From: Giardia intestinalis
Lineage: Eukaryota
Length of the DNA stretch: 64,000 nt
Assembly (NCBI GenBank): GCA_000002435.2
Contig: CM018792.1
Reading direction: 5' to 3' (one strand)
The position numbers and the translations under genes were made by a program. Of this stretch, positions 28,372-39,132 are shown piece by piece. Position 1 is the stretch's first letter. Each line of letters opens with the position of its first letter. Under the pieces are notes generated by a model that was not told the DNA's origin, searched no databases, and worked only from the letters and a program-made list of their open reading frames with translations.

Positions 28372-29829
28372 CTAGTCCAAATAGTCTACAGTATCTTTAT
28401 CCTTAATGGTAGTGCGGCAGTATGGACAACTATCCTTGAGTGTCTCAAGACAATCGAGACATACCACAACATGCTTGCAAGGATACAGTATAACGTTCCG
28501 CAGTTTGTCCAGACAAATGCAACAAACGAGAGAGTCAGAGTCGTCGCTGAGAAACTCTTCAATCTCCTGGAAAAGAGTGTCCATCATGCGGTTGGCACTA
28601 TTCGTGAAGTCGGCGTCTTGCTTGTCTTTAGCAACGGGGACCCCAAGGGTGAGGCTGACGTAATAAAACGGAGTGATGAAGTCTACCACAAACGAAGTCA
28701 TTACATCTAGTAGTCTGTCGCAAAAGTCTACGATCTCGTCATAGCCTCGATACTCATCTTTATACGACTGAAAAGCACGAACGAGAAAGTCGACAATGGA
28801 TCTAAAGGTCTTGCTCGTGGGGATGAAGGCGTGCTGGAGAGATTCATTGAACAGGAAGATGGACAGAGGGCTTATTTCTTGCACATGCTGAGTAGCCAAG
28901 TCTTTGTTTTCAGGCTTCATAGTCGCGGTTGCGATGTCCGCATATTGTAAATTGGCATACTGGAGAGCTGTTCGTCCGTTCTTGTCTTTGAGAGGCACCT
29001 CATCCTTGAGGATCTTTGCTGCATCCAACTTTGAGTGGGAGGCAGCGTACATAAGGGCAGTCATCCCCCGGTTATCCTGCATGTTCTTTTCGTACTTGAT
29101 CAGCGCGGAAATAGACTGGATATGTCCTCGTTCTGCAGCACTCATCAGCGCAGTCTTACCCTCAACATCCTTTTTCCCTGCTTGCCCCTTTGAGATGAAG
29201 AAATCTATGAGATCAACCTTATTTTCCCTAGCTGCTGTCATGAGCGGAGTCTCCCCGTTCAAGCCGGTAATTGATCCCTCTTTGTCCCACAGCTTCTTGA
29301 CGAAATCTATGCACCCTGACATAGTAGCAAAAAGAAGAGCAGTGAAGCCACAATTGTCCTGACGCCCACACTCTGACAGAAGAAGCTCGCAGAGGTCTGT
29401 GTGCTTGTAGCGCGCAGCCTGCATCAACGCGGTCATGCCACGATATTGGGTGAGTCCCTGCTCCTCCTTGAGCAGAAGGGTCACAGCATCTTTGTGCCCC
29501 TTCCACACTGCGTACATCAAGGCCGTTGTTTTATCATGTGTCTGCTTCTTAGCCATATAGGGCATGAGAAAGGATATCACGGACGTATGGCCGTTCTCCG
29601 CGGCGTACATTAAAGGGGTCTTCCCCCGGGAATCTACTATGTCTTTCTCGCTCTCAAAGAGGATCTTAACCATTTCTAAGTCTCCGGCAGCTGCCGCCTT
29701 GCAAAGGCCCGTCGTCCCCATGAAATTGGAAATGCCGGCCATGTTTTTAACGTTCTCGCGTACAAAGTCATAATTTCGGCCGACAACCGCGTCGAACCAG
29801 GTGTCCATCTGGGGATGATACGACCGCAT
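28372..29829 (-). CDS. Ankyrin-repeat protein with a C-terminal C3HC4 RING finger (putative E3 ubiquitin ligase).
   Basis: About eight ankyrin repeats (KTPLMYAAENGHTSVISFL, TALMYAVWKGHKDAVTLLL, ...). The C-terminus reads CCICLDKLRNVILYPCKHVVVCLDCLETLKDSCPYCR. Confidence 0.75.
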   Translation of the reverse strand: MRSYHPQMDTWFDAVVGRNYDFVRENVKNMAGISNFMGTTGLCKAAAAGDLEMVKILFESEKDIVDSRGKTPLMYAAENGHTSVISFLMPYMAKKQTHDKTTALMYAVWKGHKDAVTLLLKEEQGLTQYRGMTALMQAARYKHTDLCELLLSECGRQDNCGFTALLFATMSGCIDFVKKLWDKEGSITGLNGETPLMTAARENKVDLIDFFISKGQAGKKDVEGKTALMSAAERGHIQSISALIKYEKNMQDNRGMTALMYAASHSKLDAAKILKDEVPLKDKNGRTALQYANLQYADIATATMKPENKDLATQHVQEISPLSIFLFNESLQHAFIPTSKTFRSIVDFLVRAFQSYKDEYRGYDEIVDFCDRLLDVMTSFVVDFITPFYYVSLTLGVPVAKDKQDADFTNSANRMMDTLFQEIEEFLSDDSDSLVCCICLDKLRNVILYPCKHVVVCLDCLETLKDSCPYCRTTIKDKDTVDYLD

Positions 29830-29868
29830 TACGATTTTTTGGGTTTATGTGGAAATTTACATTTTTTA

Positions 29869-32802
29869 CTATTTGGAGAGCAGTAAATTTATCCGACAAT
29901 CGTCCCCAACACCTATTTCCAGTTTGGGATGCATACTGTCCTGCACTCTGGAGCCCAATAATGCCGACTGCTGCGTACTATAAATGTTGGTGGCATCCAT
30001 GTTCTCAGTAGTTGAGGCGGTAGTGAGCTCGATAATGGAACGTAGAGGATCGGCAAGCATGTCCTTTGATTGGTGGAAAGGTCCCCTTTGTGGATGATTG
30101 GTTTCAAGTATTTGAAGTGGGGGCTTTAGGTTGGCTGATCTGAGGTCTCCTTGGGGTGCTTGGCTGGCGCCTAATTGTCCCAAGAACTGGGGTGGCTGTA
30201 CAGCTGGAAGTGCTGGCTCAAGAGTTGGGGGCCCAACAGCAGGAGCTGGATGTGCCTCTTGCTGATACGGAGTGAGTTGCTGTGTTAAGGACATCTGAAG
30301 CATTTGCTGATGCAGGTGCTCCTGTTGCCTTTGTGTGAAGATCTTTTCGGAGGCAGGTTTAGATAACTCTTCCTTGATATTGGGCCTATCAGCATCCTGA
30401 GTAGCCTTATATAAGCTTGATGCAGTGTTATTCTTTCTGGAAATGGTTTTCCGTAGAAAATCAAGCCATGCTGTCTTGGGCGTAAGTGCTGTTGCATCAC
30501 TGTTTGTAGAACCAAATATTACAGTATTAGACTGTTTTGATCTCATCAGTGCGAGCTCCTTAGAGAAGCTTTCTGTTGCAATCAGTAAGTCCTTCATTAA
30601 GAATTTAAAGGTAGGATCCTTTGATAAGAGCTCTATGATCTCGTCAACTGTGTAGTCAGTCAGCTCATCTAATCGCTTCTTGAGTGCAGCTCCTTGTTCT
30701 GGTTCAGATAGAAGGGCCAGTGGTACATCATTGATCTTGTTGAGGTTCTCTTGACTCAAGAGATTATCTCTAGATAGCATCTCCGATATGTCTCGTTTTA
30801 GATTGATAGCGTTTTCATTGCTCTTTTCAGGACTAAAGTTAATGAATCCACTCAAGCTGGCATTGTTTGCTGCAGGTTGACTATCCACATAATGTATGAC
30901 ACTACGGACCGAGGGAGTTGCAATCGCAGTGGCGTGTGGTGGTGCATCGGAAGGCCCGTGAGAGTAGTTCTCAGACGTCTCTCTGGACCTCTGTTGATCG
31001 TAGGACATAAACGTATTCTTGTGCATTTTATCCATATTCTTTTTCAGAGCTAGCATGGACGCATCTGACTTTTTCTTAGTGTTGCTCAAGAGGTCTACGA
31101 CACTGAATGCCGTATCAGCATCGTTAGTAGTATGTATAGGGAGGTTAGATGATTGCAAATTAGAAACATCTTTGAGCCTAGCAGAATACCTTACCGCTTG
31201 GGCCAGATCATTCCGAGGTTCTGTCATTCCTCCAACGCTAGATCCGCTTGCTCCTCGCTTGGAGCTGTAGTTGCGCTGCCGCTCTTGCCGCATGGGTTGA
31301 GCTGTCTGCCGCATGGGGCTCGGGGATCTTAGCCTATTTGCATAGTCAAACCGAGCCATCAAGGGTTCCATATTTGGTAGTAGGTCAGCAGCCACCACTG
31401 GCTTTCTGTGAGCGGGTTTGCTCTTACCTGCAAGCCCGGGTTGCGCAGAAGTAATGGCAGGGCTCCTTGGTGTAGAGCTAATTGAATTGAATGCGTTTAA
31501 GTAGTCCATGGTGTTGCCAAAGCTGTCTTCAGAAGAGTGCTGTGGAGCAACTGCAGTGGCTGGAGGTACTTCAGCTCTTGTGTCCACCAGCCACTGGAGA
31601 GCGGCACTCTTTGGGGTCTGCTGGAGCCCAGATGAAAGAGACGTATCCCTTGGGTTATTAAGTGCACCACTGGCCGACATTTTACGAGGATCAGTGAAGG
31701 GAATCGGATAGAACTCTGCTTCGTTATAGAACTCAGCATCATCATAAGAGGCAACATCGTCTCCCAAGGCGTATTCTTGATCGAGGAACTCATGGAGCTC
31801 GATATCTGGGTAAGTGCCGATGGGCATATAGTTGTTGAGAAGCCTTACACGCTGCTCGATTCGAGCCCGGTTGCTTGCTCGCCTAGCCATTGAGTTTAGT
31901 CTTGACGACCTAGGATCTGTTAAGTTGGCAGTTCTACGGGCCAGTCGTCCAGGTGAATCGGCAGGATAGAGGTGCAGAACAACGCGCTTAAGCGCGTCGT
32001 CTATTTTATTGGCAAGTATCTCTCGTAGCTTATCGTCTGTTGAGATATGACAGTACCGGGCGCTGGCCTTGTAGGCATTCAAGGCATTGCGGTCCTGACC
32101 AAGACTCTCGTAATGACATCCCAGGTTATAGGAGATAACGCACGCCAGTGAGTAGATTCGATCGTTGACTTCGTCCTTAGTCATTTGGCCGAACTTGTGA
32201 TCGACGTTCTTGGTAATTACCTTGAGGGCGAGATGGCAGTTTTCAATTGCATTATGGTAGTGACCCAGCTGTGCTTGCGCCGCTGCAATGTTACTGTGAA
32301 GAGCTGCAATAGCGTGTATCTTGTTGTATCTAGTAATACAGCTACCCTTCTCCGTAGGGAACAGGTGACACACCGTGTAGGCATATGAGCTTAGAACACT
32401 CTGCTCTGCAACGAGCGCAGTGTTGAAGTCTTTCAGTGCTATACGCGGATTTCCAGAGCTTGCATTGAGAGATCCCCTATATGTTAGGAACTGAGCAGTG
32501 CAGCGAAAGAAAAGTTGAGGATTGGCAAAATATGAAGAGCAGCGGCTGAGAAAGTTAAGCATGGAAAGCGCCTCTGCTTGCGAGGGGTCTTTATCAGTGT
32601 ACGGGTGCTCGACGCAATAGCCAGTAATAAGATTCATCAGTGAACAGGCTGCTGCATCAAAGTTGTCTGTCCGCTTGTCAGGATATTCTTCCATTGTGAT
32701 TTTATTCAGTCGTCTACTTAGGCTCTTGATCGCTAACATTTTCTTTCCGTCAATGTAACGAGAAACACAATTTGCAGTGAAGGATGGCAGGTCCTCCGAC
32801 AT
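29869..32802 (-). CDS. TPR-repeat-containing large protein, hypothetical.
   Basis: The N-terminal third has TPR-like helical pairs (AQAQLGHYHNAIENCHLALKV, NLGCHYESLGQDRNALNAYKASARY). The remainder is S/P/Q-rich low complexity. The track start is a GTG; the first ATG is at 32802. Confidence 0.5.
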   Translation of the reverse strand: MSEDLPSFTANCVSRYIDGKKMLAIKSLSRRLNKITMEEYPDKRTDNFDAAACSLMNLITGYCVEHPYTDKDPSQAEALSMLNFLSRCSSYFANPQLFFRCTAQFLTYRGSLNASSGNPRIALKDFNTALVAEQSVLSSYAYTVCHLFPTEKGSCITRYNKIHAIAALHSNIAAAQAQLGHYHNAIENCHLALKVITKNVDHKFGQMTKDEVNDRIYSLACVISYNLGCHYESLGQDRNALNAYKASARYCHISTDDKLREILANKIDDALKRVVLHLYPADSPGRLARRTANLTDPRSSRLNSMARRASNRARIEQRVRLLNNYMPIGTYPDIELHEFLDQEYALGDDVASYDDAEFYNEAEFYPIPFTDPRKMSASGALNNPRDTSLSSGLQQTPKSAALQWLVDTRAEVPPATAVAPQHSSEDSFGNTMDYLNAFNSISSTPRSPAITSAQPGLAGKSKPAHRKPVVAADLLPNMEPLMARFDYANRLRSPSPMRQTAQPMRQERQRNYSSKRGASGSSVGGMTEPRNDLAQAVRYSARLKDVSNLQSSNLPIHTTNDADTAFSVVDLLSNTKKKSDASMLALKKNMDKMHKNTFMSYDQQRSRETSENYSHGPSDAPPHATAIATPSVRSVIHYVDSQPAANNASLSGFINFSPEKSNENAINLKRDISEMLSRDNLLSQENLNKINDVPLALLSEPEQGAALKKRLDELTDYTVDEIIELLSKDPTFKFLMKDLLIATESFSKELALMRSKQSNTVIFGSTNSDATALTPKTAWLDFLRKTISRKNNTASSLYKATQDADRPNIKEELSKPASEKIFTQRQQEHLHQQMLQMSLTQQLTPYQQEAHPAPAVGPPTLEPALPAVQPPQFLGQLGASQAPQGDLRSANLKPPLQILETNHPQRGPFHQSKDMLADPLRSIIELTTASTTENMDATNIYSTQQSALLGSRVQDSMHPKLEIGVGDDCRINLLLSK

Positions 32803-32861
32803 TTTAAAATTTGTTCGCTGCACTTCATAGCCTGCTCCTCAGAGTTGGCTAGCAGAGGGGC

Positions 32862-35744
32862 ATGGATTTTCCACTGTCTCTTTTGGACGCAAATGTCAGC
32901 AAGGCTATTTTCATCTTGCTTCAAGGGGAGCCCGAGCAAGCCTCCCTATGGTCACTTATCCTTCAACTGCGAACCCCCGGCCAGGGGTCCAGCTTCGCTT
33001 CTTGCGCATCGCTGATTTACAAAGACCTCAAGGGACTTAGCTCCTGGATTACCGAGGCTGCTTTTATTCCCTTTCTCAGACGTTTGGGATTTTGTTCATT
33101 GTATCTAAGTTATGGGCACGATGTTCTGCTCGAGCTTTTCAAGTACCCTATCGTTCTCACTTCGACTGTTTCAGGGAAGCGGGTGCTCCTTTCAGAGCCC
33201 CAGATGCCTCTTGCTTTCCCACCTTGCCTCCATGACAAATCTGTATCATCTATGGTTCGAGCTTCCACTGTGCAGTATGCTTCTAACTGTCTTGAGGAAT
33301 TCATTTCTATGATTCAAGAGCACCCCATGAACGTACGATTCATATTCTTCTGCAAGACCCGGCCCTACATCCGAGCATTCCACAGCTTGGCATTACTAGG
33401 ATCAGCAACGGCCATCTGGCACCTTTCTCTTCTTCCTTCACAGTGCCTTACTGCCTTTTATCAAGCCAATCCATTAGTCACATTTAAGTTCCCGTACAAT
33501 GCCTTTTCCACGCGCTCGTTTTCATCTTTGCTACAGCTATGCACATCCCGTGGTCGGCTGATGCCGAACAATGCTATTAATTCAAATGCTAAAGCTAGAA
33601 TAACAAGACTCATTTCCATTTTTCGTAGTAAGATGAAACGGTTAAGCCACAATCTTACGTTTCTGAAAGACAAGAAACCCCAATCTCTTTTGCAATCATT
33701 TGGCTTTGATACGCATTTTAGGGTATTCTTAGATGAAACAGGCACCCTTCGTCACGCCCCTCTGCCCTTATCTGTGCACAAAATAACTCTTTATCTCATG
33801 TTATATTGCAAGTCCATCAGCGCATTTTCTATTCTTGGCAAAAGGAACGCTCGAACATTTCACTCACATCTCTTTCGCTTTATTTCTCAGCCAATGAACG
33901 GGTTTATGACCTTGCAAGAGCTCACCTCTAGTATCTCTACAAAAGAATTCCTTCTCCCAGCAACCACAGTCAGCAAGGCCGAGGGAGAGGTGCGACATCA
34001 CCTTTTAGCGTACTTCGTTGTCTATCTCATGGACTTCGTCATACTTCCCGCCCTCTATCAGTCGTTTTCTGCTGTTTCTATGCACACGGAGCTTTCCAAT
34101 CGGATCGAGACGGCCAACTCTATGGTTCCTGCATTGCTTTCCCGCTCACTTTGGGTCAGCTACAAGAATTACTTGATTAAATCGTCTGCTCGTCTAGAAA
34201 TAGCGGCCACTTATGAATTTGTCTGCTCATTATCCAATTTGCACTCTATCCCTCTAACCAACGAAGATGCTGTGAACCGTATATTTTGGAAGCAAGTCTC
34301 TCCCGGTAGGCTATCGTTTGTCTATAAATCTAATGGAAGGGTGCGGCCCCTATGTAACTTTAGTTTTTGTAGCCGACGACACAGGGTCTCACTTAATTCC
34401 TTTCTTCGAAGCGCGCTCCAGGTCATCATATTTGAGCTAGAGCGCCCACGCAATAGGTACTTGCAAGCACATCTAGCCAAGAATCTAGGCCACATAGCAG
34501 TGGACTATGCTGCTTGGCTCGATGCGACGTACACAGAAAACCCCGAGGCGCAGATATACATGGTCACAACCGATATGATAACTGCTTTTGAAAGCGTCTC
34601 CGTTCCTCGCTTACTCTACTACATATCCCATTACATCGTTACTGGGAATGCTTACGTTGTCTTGACTTACAAGGAGATTGCTCCCAGTAAGATGCCTAAG
34701 ATTAGGACCGTTGCGCTGCCCTGCCAGCATAATGGGTGTGTATCCATGGATTCTATTTCCCGCTACCTTCTCTGCAAGGAGACCCCTAAAAAACAGCCTA
34801 ATTCTATGCTGTGTCCCATGCATGCACGAATCTATAAGCGAGAGGACATTATCAAGATGCTAGAGCTTCATCTTCTCAATCCCCTCGTTATTCACGAAGG
34901 AGGAGTATACCGTCTGACATCTGGGATACCCCAGGGCAGTGTCGTAAGCACTGTCCTTTTCAATTGCTATTCGTCTCTCCTGCACGTGCAACTACTAAAT
35001 ACAGGGATTGTTTCGTCCCGTCTCTTCTTTTACAGGACCTTTGTTGACGACTGGCTGCTATTAACTACGTCCATAGCATTACTTGACGCATATATCGAGT
35101 ACCTGAACATCATGCGTGATCATGGAGCCTACTTCAGATTGTCCTGCTTCACGAAGCCACACAAAAACAGCCCATTCGCTCCCATAGCTACATTAGACTG
35201 TTCTAGAGAACCCATACCAAAGAAAAGTCTTTACACACCCAATCTCAATCAAGATATGTACAAACTAGACGTTCCACGATATTGTGGATATATATTTCTT
35301 GAAAATGTTGCCATAATAGACGTACTGAAGTGGTTTTCATCAACGCGAACCAATGGCAGTCCGTCCTATCCCATGATTTTTGGATCTGGGATATCTGTCA
35401 TGCAGAGACTCAGGTTGGTTTTCAAAAAGAGAATCCGGGATCTCCGCTGTTTCATTGAGAGAAGCATACAGGCACCCGATCCGCGTATAAAAGTGGACGG
35501 CTCTATTCTTTATGCGTATATACGTGCTGTTACGTTTTGCATACTTTGCTACACACGAAACATAAGATACTCTGAGTCCTTGCGCACCCTTTTAAGGAGC
35601 ACATTCTGTTCTCTTAAGGCGACCGTGTGGAGACATTCTACATCCCGTGCTATATTTATCCACGTATCCAAACGCATTATTCTACATGTCTATGGTCACA
35701 ATCCCCGCATCAGAGGGCTTCTTCTGGGAATGCTAAGCAGGTAG
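32862..35744 (+). CDS. TERT: Telomerase reverse transcriptase (catalytic subunit).
   Basis: RT motif A is YMVTTDMITAFESV. Motif B' is YRLTSGIPQGSVVSTVLFNCY (about 34915-34980). Motif C is FFYRTFVDDWLLLTT (about 35030-35075). The 960 aa size is consistent with TERT. Confidence 0.75.
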   Translation: MDFPLSLLDANVSKAIFILLQGEPEQASLWSLILQLRTPGQGSSFASCASLIYKDLKGLSSWITEAAFIPFLRRLGFCSLYLSYGHDVLLELFKYPIVLTSTVSGKRVLLSEPQMPLAFPPCLHDKSVSSMVRASTVQYASNCLEEFISMIQEHPMNVRFIFFCKTRPYIRAFHSLALLGSATAIWHLSLLPSQCLTAFYQANPLVTFKFPYNAFSTRSFSSLLQLCTSRGRLMPNNAINSNAKARITRLISIFRSKMKRLSHNLTFLKDKKPQSLLQSFGFDTHFRVFLDETGTLRHAPLPLSVHKITLYLMLYCKSISAFSILGKRNARTFHSHLFRFISQPMNGFMTLQELTSSISTKEFLLPATTVSKAEGEVRHHLLAYFVVYLMDFVILPALYQSFSAVSMHTELSNRIETANSMVPALLSRSLWVSYKNYLIKSSARLEIAATYEFVCSLSNLHSIPLTNEDAVNRIFWKQVSPGRLSFVYKSNGRVRPLCNFSFCSRRHRVSLNSFLRSALQVIIFELERPRNRYLQAHLAKNLGHIAVDYAAWLDATYTENPEAQIYMVTTDMITAFESVSVPRLLYYISHYIVTGNAYVVLTYKEIAPSKMPKIRTVALPCQHNGCVSMDSISRYLLCKETPKKQPNSMLCPMHARIYKREDIIKMLELHLLNPLVIHEGGVYRLTSGIPQGSVVSTVLFNCYSSLLHVQLLNTGIVSSRLFFYRTFVDDWLLLTTSIALLDAYIEYLNIMRDHGAYFRLSCFTKPHKNSPFAPIATLDCSREPIPKKSLYTPNLNQDMYKLDVPRYCGYIFLENVAIIDVLKWFSSTRTNGSPSYPMIFGSGISVMQRLRLVFKKRIRDLRCFIERSIQAPDPRIKVDGSILYAYIRAVTFCILCYTRNIRYSESLRTLLRSTFCSLKATVWRHSTSRAIFIHVSKRIILHVYGHNPRIRGLLLGMLSR

Positions 35745-38462
35745 CTACTTAACTTGTGTTAGAAACGAGCTTATAATATTATTGGTAGATGTAGAGTCAA
35801 AGGTTGCTGCTTCAAACTCTCCCTGAAGATCTGAGGACACTTTGCTTCTCTGGCTCAGTGCAGATAGAGACAGATGCCCATCAACCTCCTCTAGTAGCGC
35901 AGCGAAGCATTCATAGATCGCACTAGACACTATCCTGACAAGGTTAGATATCAGGGCCTCAGAGGCCATCAGAATAACTTCCTTCATTGCTTCCTCTGGG
36001 ATGCTTCCTTGTTCTGCCTTTCTTAGTGTCAACATAAACATCTCAAAACAGGTATCTACCTGGCAGTAAGCCTCTGAAAAAGCATCCATTCTTAGTTGTT
36101 CATAGTTATAGGAGGTTAGCGTTGACTCCTTTTTTAATTTATAGACAAGAACCTTGTAATCGGTGGAATCTTCTACCTGGATACTCCTATACTTAGGGTT
36201 TCCCAAGCATATAAGGCGCGCCAATATGGTGTAAAACGTATCTAAGCACAATGTGCTATGGGCCAGTGTGTTCAGCTCAAATCCTTTTGTTTCCAGTATT
36301 TCATTGCAAACAACGGCTATCAGATACGTTGTATTTGTTTTCTTGTTTGTTTTGTCCATCGTTGACAGATTTAGCGACGACTTACGGAGAAGAATATTAG
36401 ATTCCTCAAGCATATCCAAGACATTATGTGAGGACTCTTTGGCCAAGGGCTTAGTATACTCTTTGGACGATACGTCAGGAAATGACTTGTGGAGCTGCAT
36501 TCCTTTCGCCACTCCAAGAGGAAGATGTATCTGTGTTTTGCGTAAAGAGGACTCATAGATGCTCCAGATACTAGGCGAGTCGTCTCTGTCTTCTCTCTCG
36601 AGTTGCCCATCGGAGACATCATTCCTTGGTGAATCAGTTTGCATTGACGTTTCTACAGCATTGGGTCCGCGATCCTCGACAGCTGGTGCCTCTCTGGCCT
36701 GGTCTCCTATCTGGGCATCCAAGCCATACAACAGTGACGCAACAGAGATAAGTTGGGCAGACGGATCAACGGGCTGAATCTCTTGGGTGACAATGTCTAT
36801 GGCAGAAATCGGCCGCACTCGGACACCATCTGAGGTGGTACTTTCCACTTTGCTGCTTGTCCAACAAGGTTCAGATTTGTCGCCACTACTACCAGTTGCA
36901 CTGTCATCGGCTGCAAGCGGTCTATAAGCCTCTTGATTCAAACGATTAGATGTAAGTATATTCCTATTCAGGTTATGAACCGCTGAAAAGCTGACAGGAT
37001 CACACTGTGCGCAAGCGCGTCCAGATATGTTCTCCAAGGTATGACGCGGAGTGCCCTTGACTCTAAGAGACTCCACCCCATCTGGTACAGATGCACCTTC
37101 ACTGGCACTGTCCGATTCTCTCTTGTGACAAAAAGACTCATCGGTCTCTGACAAGGTGCCTATTTCGTTTCCACAGAACTTACAAAACAGAATGGAGGGA
37201 TATCTTTCTGCGCCAAAAGAGCCGCGAAATACCCTTCTGAGGCAGTCTTGGCAAATGCAGTTCGTATTCTGATATGTCTTTGAGGCGACGGATTGAGCCT
37301 TAGTGAATGTGATGCGTCTCGTTATGCATGCATAGTCTAAGGTCCGCTTAGTCTCCGTGGTGTTAGATGCGTTGACAGTGGCAAGAAAGGTAACATATCC
37401 ATTCTCAAATGGTGTGCGAAGAATTTTCGTGAGCATGGAGGCTCTGTAGGGGACGTGGTTCTTACGGGAGGCTAAGTCTTCCAATACTTTACGGAGAGTA
37501 AGAAGGCTCTTATTTATGTCTATGCCCTCTGCCAAACGTCGTTCTTCTCTGGCCTTATGACCGGGTGAATGTATGACAGAGGATCCAACGGCTCCAAAGG
37601 CATTGAACCGCTCAGAGCCCGCTAGATCACAAAAATAAATTTTCCCTAGAGGAGAGTAGCCGCCAGCAAGATTGGGGGGTTTGCAAAGAATTGTGATAAT
37701 GGCGAGAAAGTGGGAGCGCGACGAAACGTCGTTACGGACCGTCGACGCCGTCATCCGCTGCTTGCAGGCACTTTTAAGACAGGAGAATGCCTGCTGCAGT
37801 GTGTCGCAAACAGTCTCGGTGAGATTTTTGAAGGTACCTGTTGTTTGTTGAAGCTGGGGCATGGAGCCCGTATTAAGCTGAGCTAGTAGTGAAGAGAAAG
37901 AAGAGGTGTGGTAGAAACTCCTATCAGGATTGCTACTGTGGTCGATCATGACTGAATAGGGAGTATTGCTAGTTTGCAAGTCATAGAGTCTTTCGCAATA
38001 GACTTCAAGGAAGCTTAACTTTACCATGAAGCCGAGGTTATAAATGCGACGCAAACCCTGTATGATGAGTCCTTCTTTGTTAGACTGGAGCAGAGTAGGG
38101 TCCCAATCATTCCCTGGCTCAATGGGGGAGCTTTTCTTGGCAGAGAACCCTCGTTTGCGCCGAGTATCGCTCAGAAAAAGATGCTCATCTCCCAGAATGG
38201 TATATGTTTTGCCAGAGTTTGTCTGGCCATAAGCAATAACAGCAGATATGCATCCGCCGATGGCCTTATCAATCACAGGTGGTAAAATAGAGTCAGCTAC
38301 CTCTCCATTAGTAACTTCTTCGCTGAATAACTGGGGAATACCAAACAGTAGTTTGGCTCCATTATATGCCAGTCCTATCTGCCTGCCCTCGCTGACAAGC
38401 TCACAAGAGCGCTTTTCGGTGGAGAACAACGGTCTTGCACGAACAGCAACATGAATAGGCAT
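35745..38462 (-). CDS. Kinesin-like motor protein with an N-terminal motor domain.
   Basis: It carries the P-loop GQTNSGKTYTI, switch I SSRSHF and switch II DLAGSER. A tail of ~550 aa contains a CxxC...CxxC segment. Confidence 0.85.
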   Translation of the reverse strand: MPIHVAVRARPLFSTEKRSCELVSEGRQIGLAYNGAKLLFGIPQLFSEEVTNGEVADSILPPVIDKAIGGCISAVIAYGQTNSGKTYTILGDEHLFLSDTRRKRGFSAKKSSPIEPGNDWDPTLLQSNKEGLIIQGLRRIYNLGFMVKLSFLEVYCERLYDLQTSNTPYSVMIDHSSNPDRSFYHTSSFSSLLAQLNTGSMPQLQQTTGTFKNLTETVCDTLQQAFSCLKSACKQRMTASTVRNDVSSRSHFLAIITILCKPPNLAGGYSPLGKIYFCDLAGSERFNAFGAVGSSVIHSPGHKAREERRLAEGIDINKSLLTLRKVLEDLASRKNHVPYRASMLTKILRTPFENGYVTFLATVNASNTTETKRTLDYACITRRITFTKAQSVASKTYQNTNCICQDCLRRVFRGSFGAERYPSILFCKFCGNEIGTLSETDESFCHKRESDSASEGASVPDGVESLRVKGTPRHTLENISGRACAQCDPVSFSAVHNLNRNILTSNRLNQEAYRPLAADDSATGSSGDKSEPCWTSSKVESTTSDGVRVRPISAIDIVTQEIQPVDPSAQLISVASLLYGLDAQIGDQAREAPAVEDRGPNAVETSMQTDSPRNDVSDGQLEREDRDDSPSIWSIYESSLRKTQIHLPLGVAKGMQLHKSFPDVSSKEYTKPLAKESSHNVLDMLEESNILLRKSSLNLSTMDKTNKKTNTTYLIAVVCNEILETKGFELNTLAHSTLCLDTFYTILARLICLGNPKYRSIQVEDSTDYKVLVYKLKKESTLTSYNYEQLRMDAFSEAYCQVDTCFEMFMLTLRKAEQGSIPEEAMKEVILMASEALISNLVRIVSSAIYECFAALLEEVDGHLSLSALSQRSKVSSDLQGEFEAATFDSTSTNNIISSFLTQVK

Positions 38463-39132
38463 AAAAAGCTCGGGTTGCGCTTATCTCTTGGTTTTGCGTC
38501 GCTGAATGAGTCTTGTTAAAATAATTGAATAGGTTGGAAAATGTCGTTTTTTGGGGCGCTCAAACGCTGAGGGCATTCTACAATGCTCTTCCATAATTTG
38601 ACTTCTGTCACAGAGGAGACTGCCAGCAGCGTAGTTAGCAATGTTGAAAAGTGGCACGACATCTTTGGGTCCATAGCTTCCGTAGTAACAATAGATAATG
38701 CTAGCACGGCCCCCTGTGCACGGCGCTGTGGAGGGGTCATGGATGGGCGCTATAGTGATCTAGAAACCTATTATGCCTGTAGAGTAGCCCGCAACTCAAC
38801 CAGGACACCTGATCTGCACAATATGCAGCGCAGAAAAAGGGCGTGCTTACTTTTTTAAGGGAGGCCCGGCCACTGGAAGGAAGCACTTTCTTCGATGCCA
38901 CAAGAGTATTGCAACGATGTATCCAATGGTGGATGAGGCGTCCCGGAAGGAGCGTGAAATGGCGTTGAGATACTTTATAGATGAAGCAAGGCAAAAGAAA
39001 CAGTGTGCATGGCCCAAAGGCTCTAGTGCTGATCCAGTTGGTAGATGTTTATGCGATGCAATTCTCGCCCACGGGCTTGCTTATTCTCAAGGCCCAGTCA
39101 TTAAGTAGCTACTCACAAAGGTTATCAATGTT

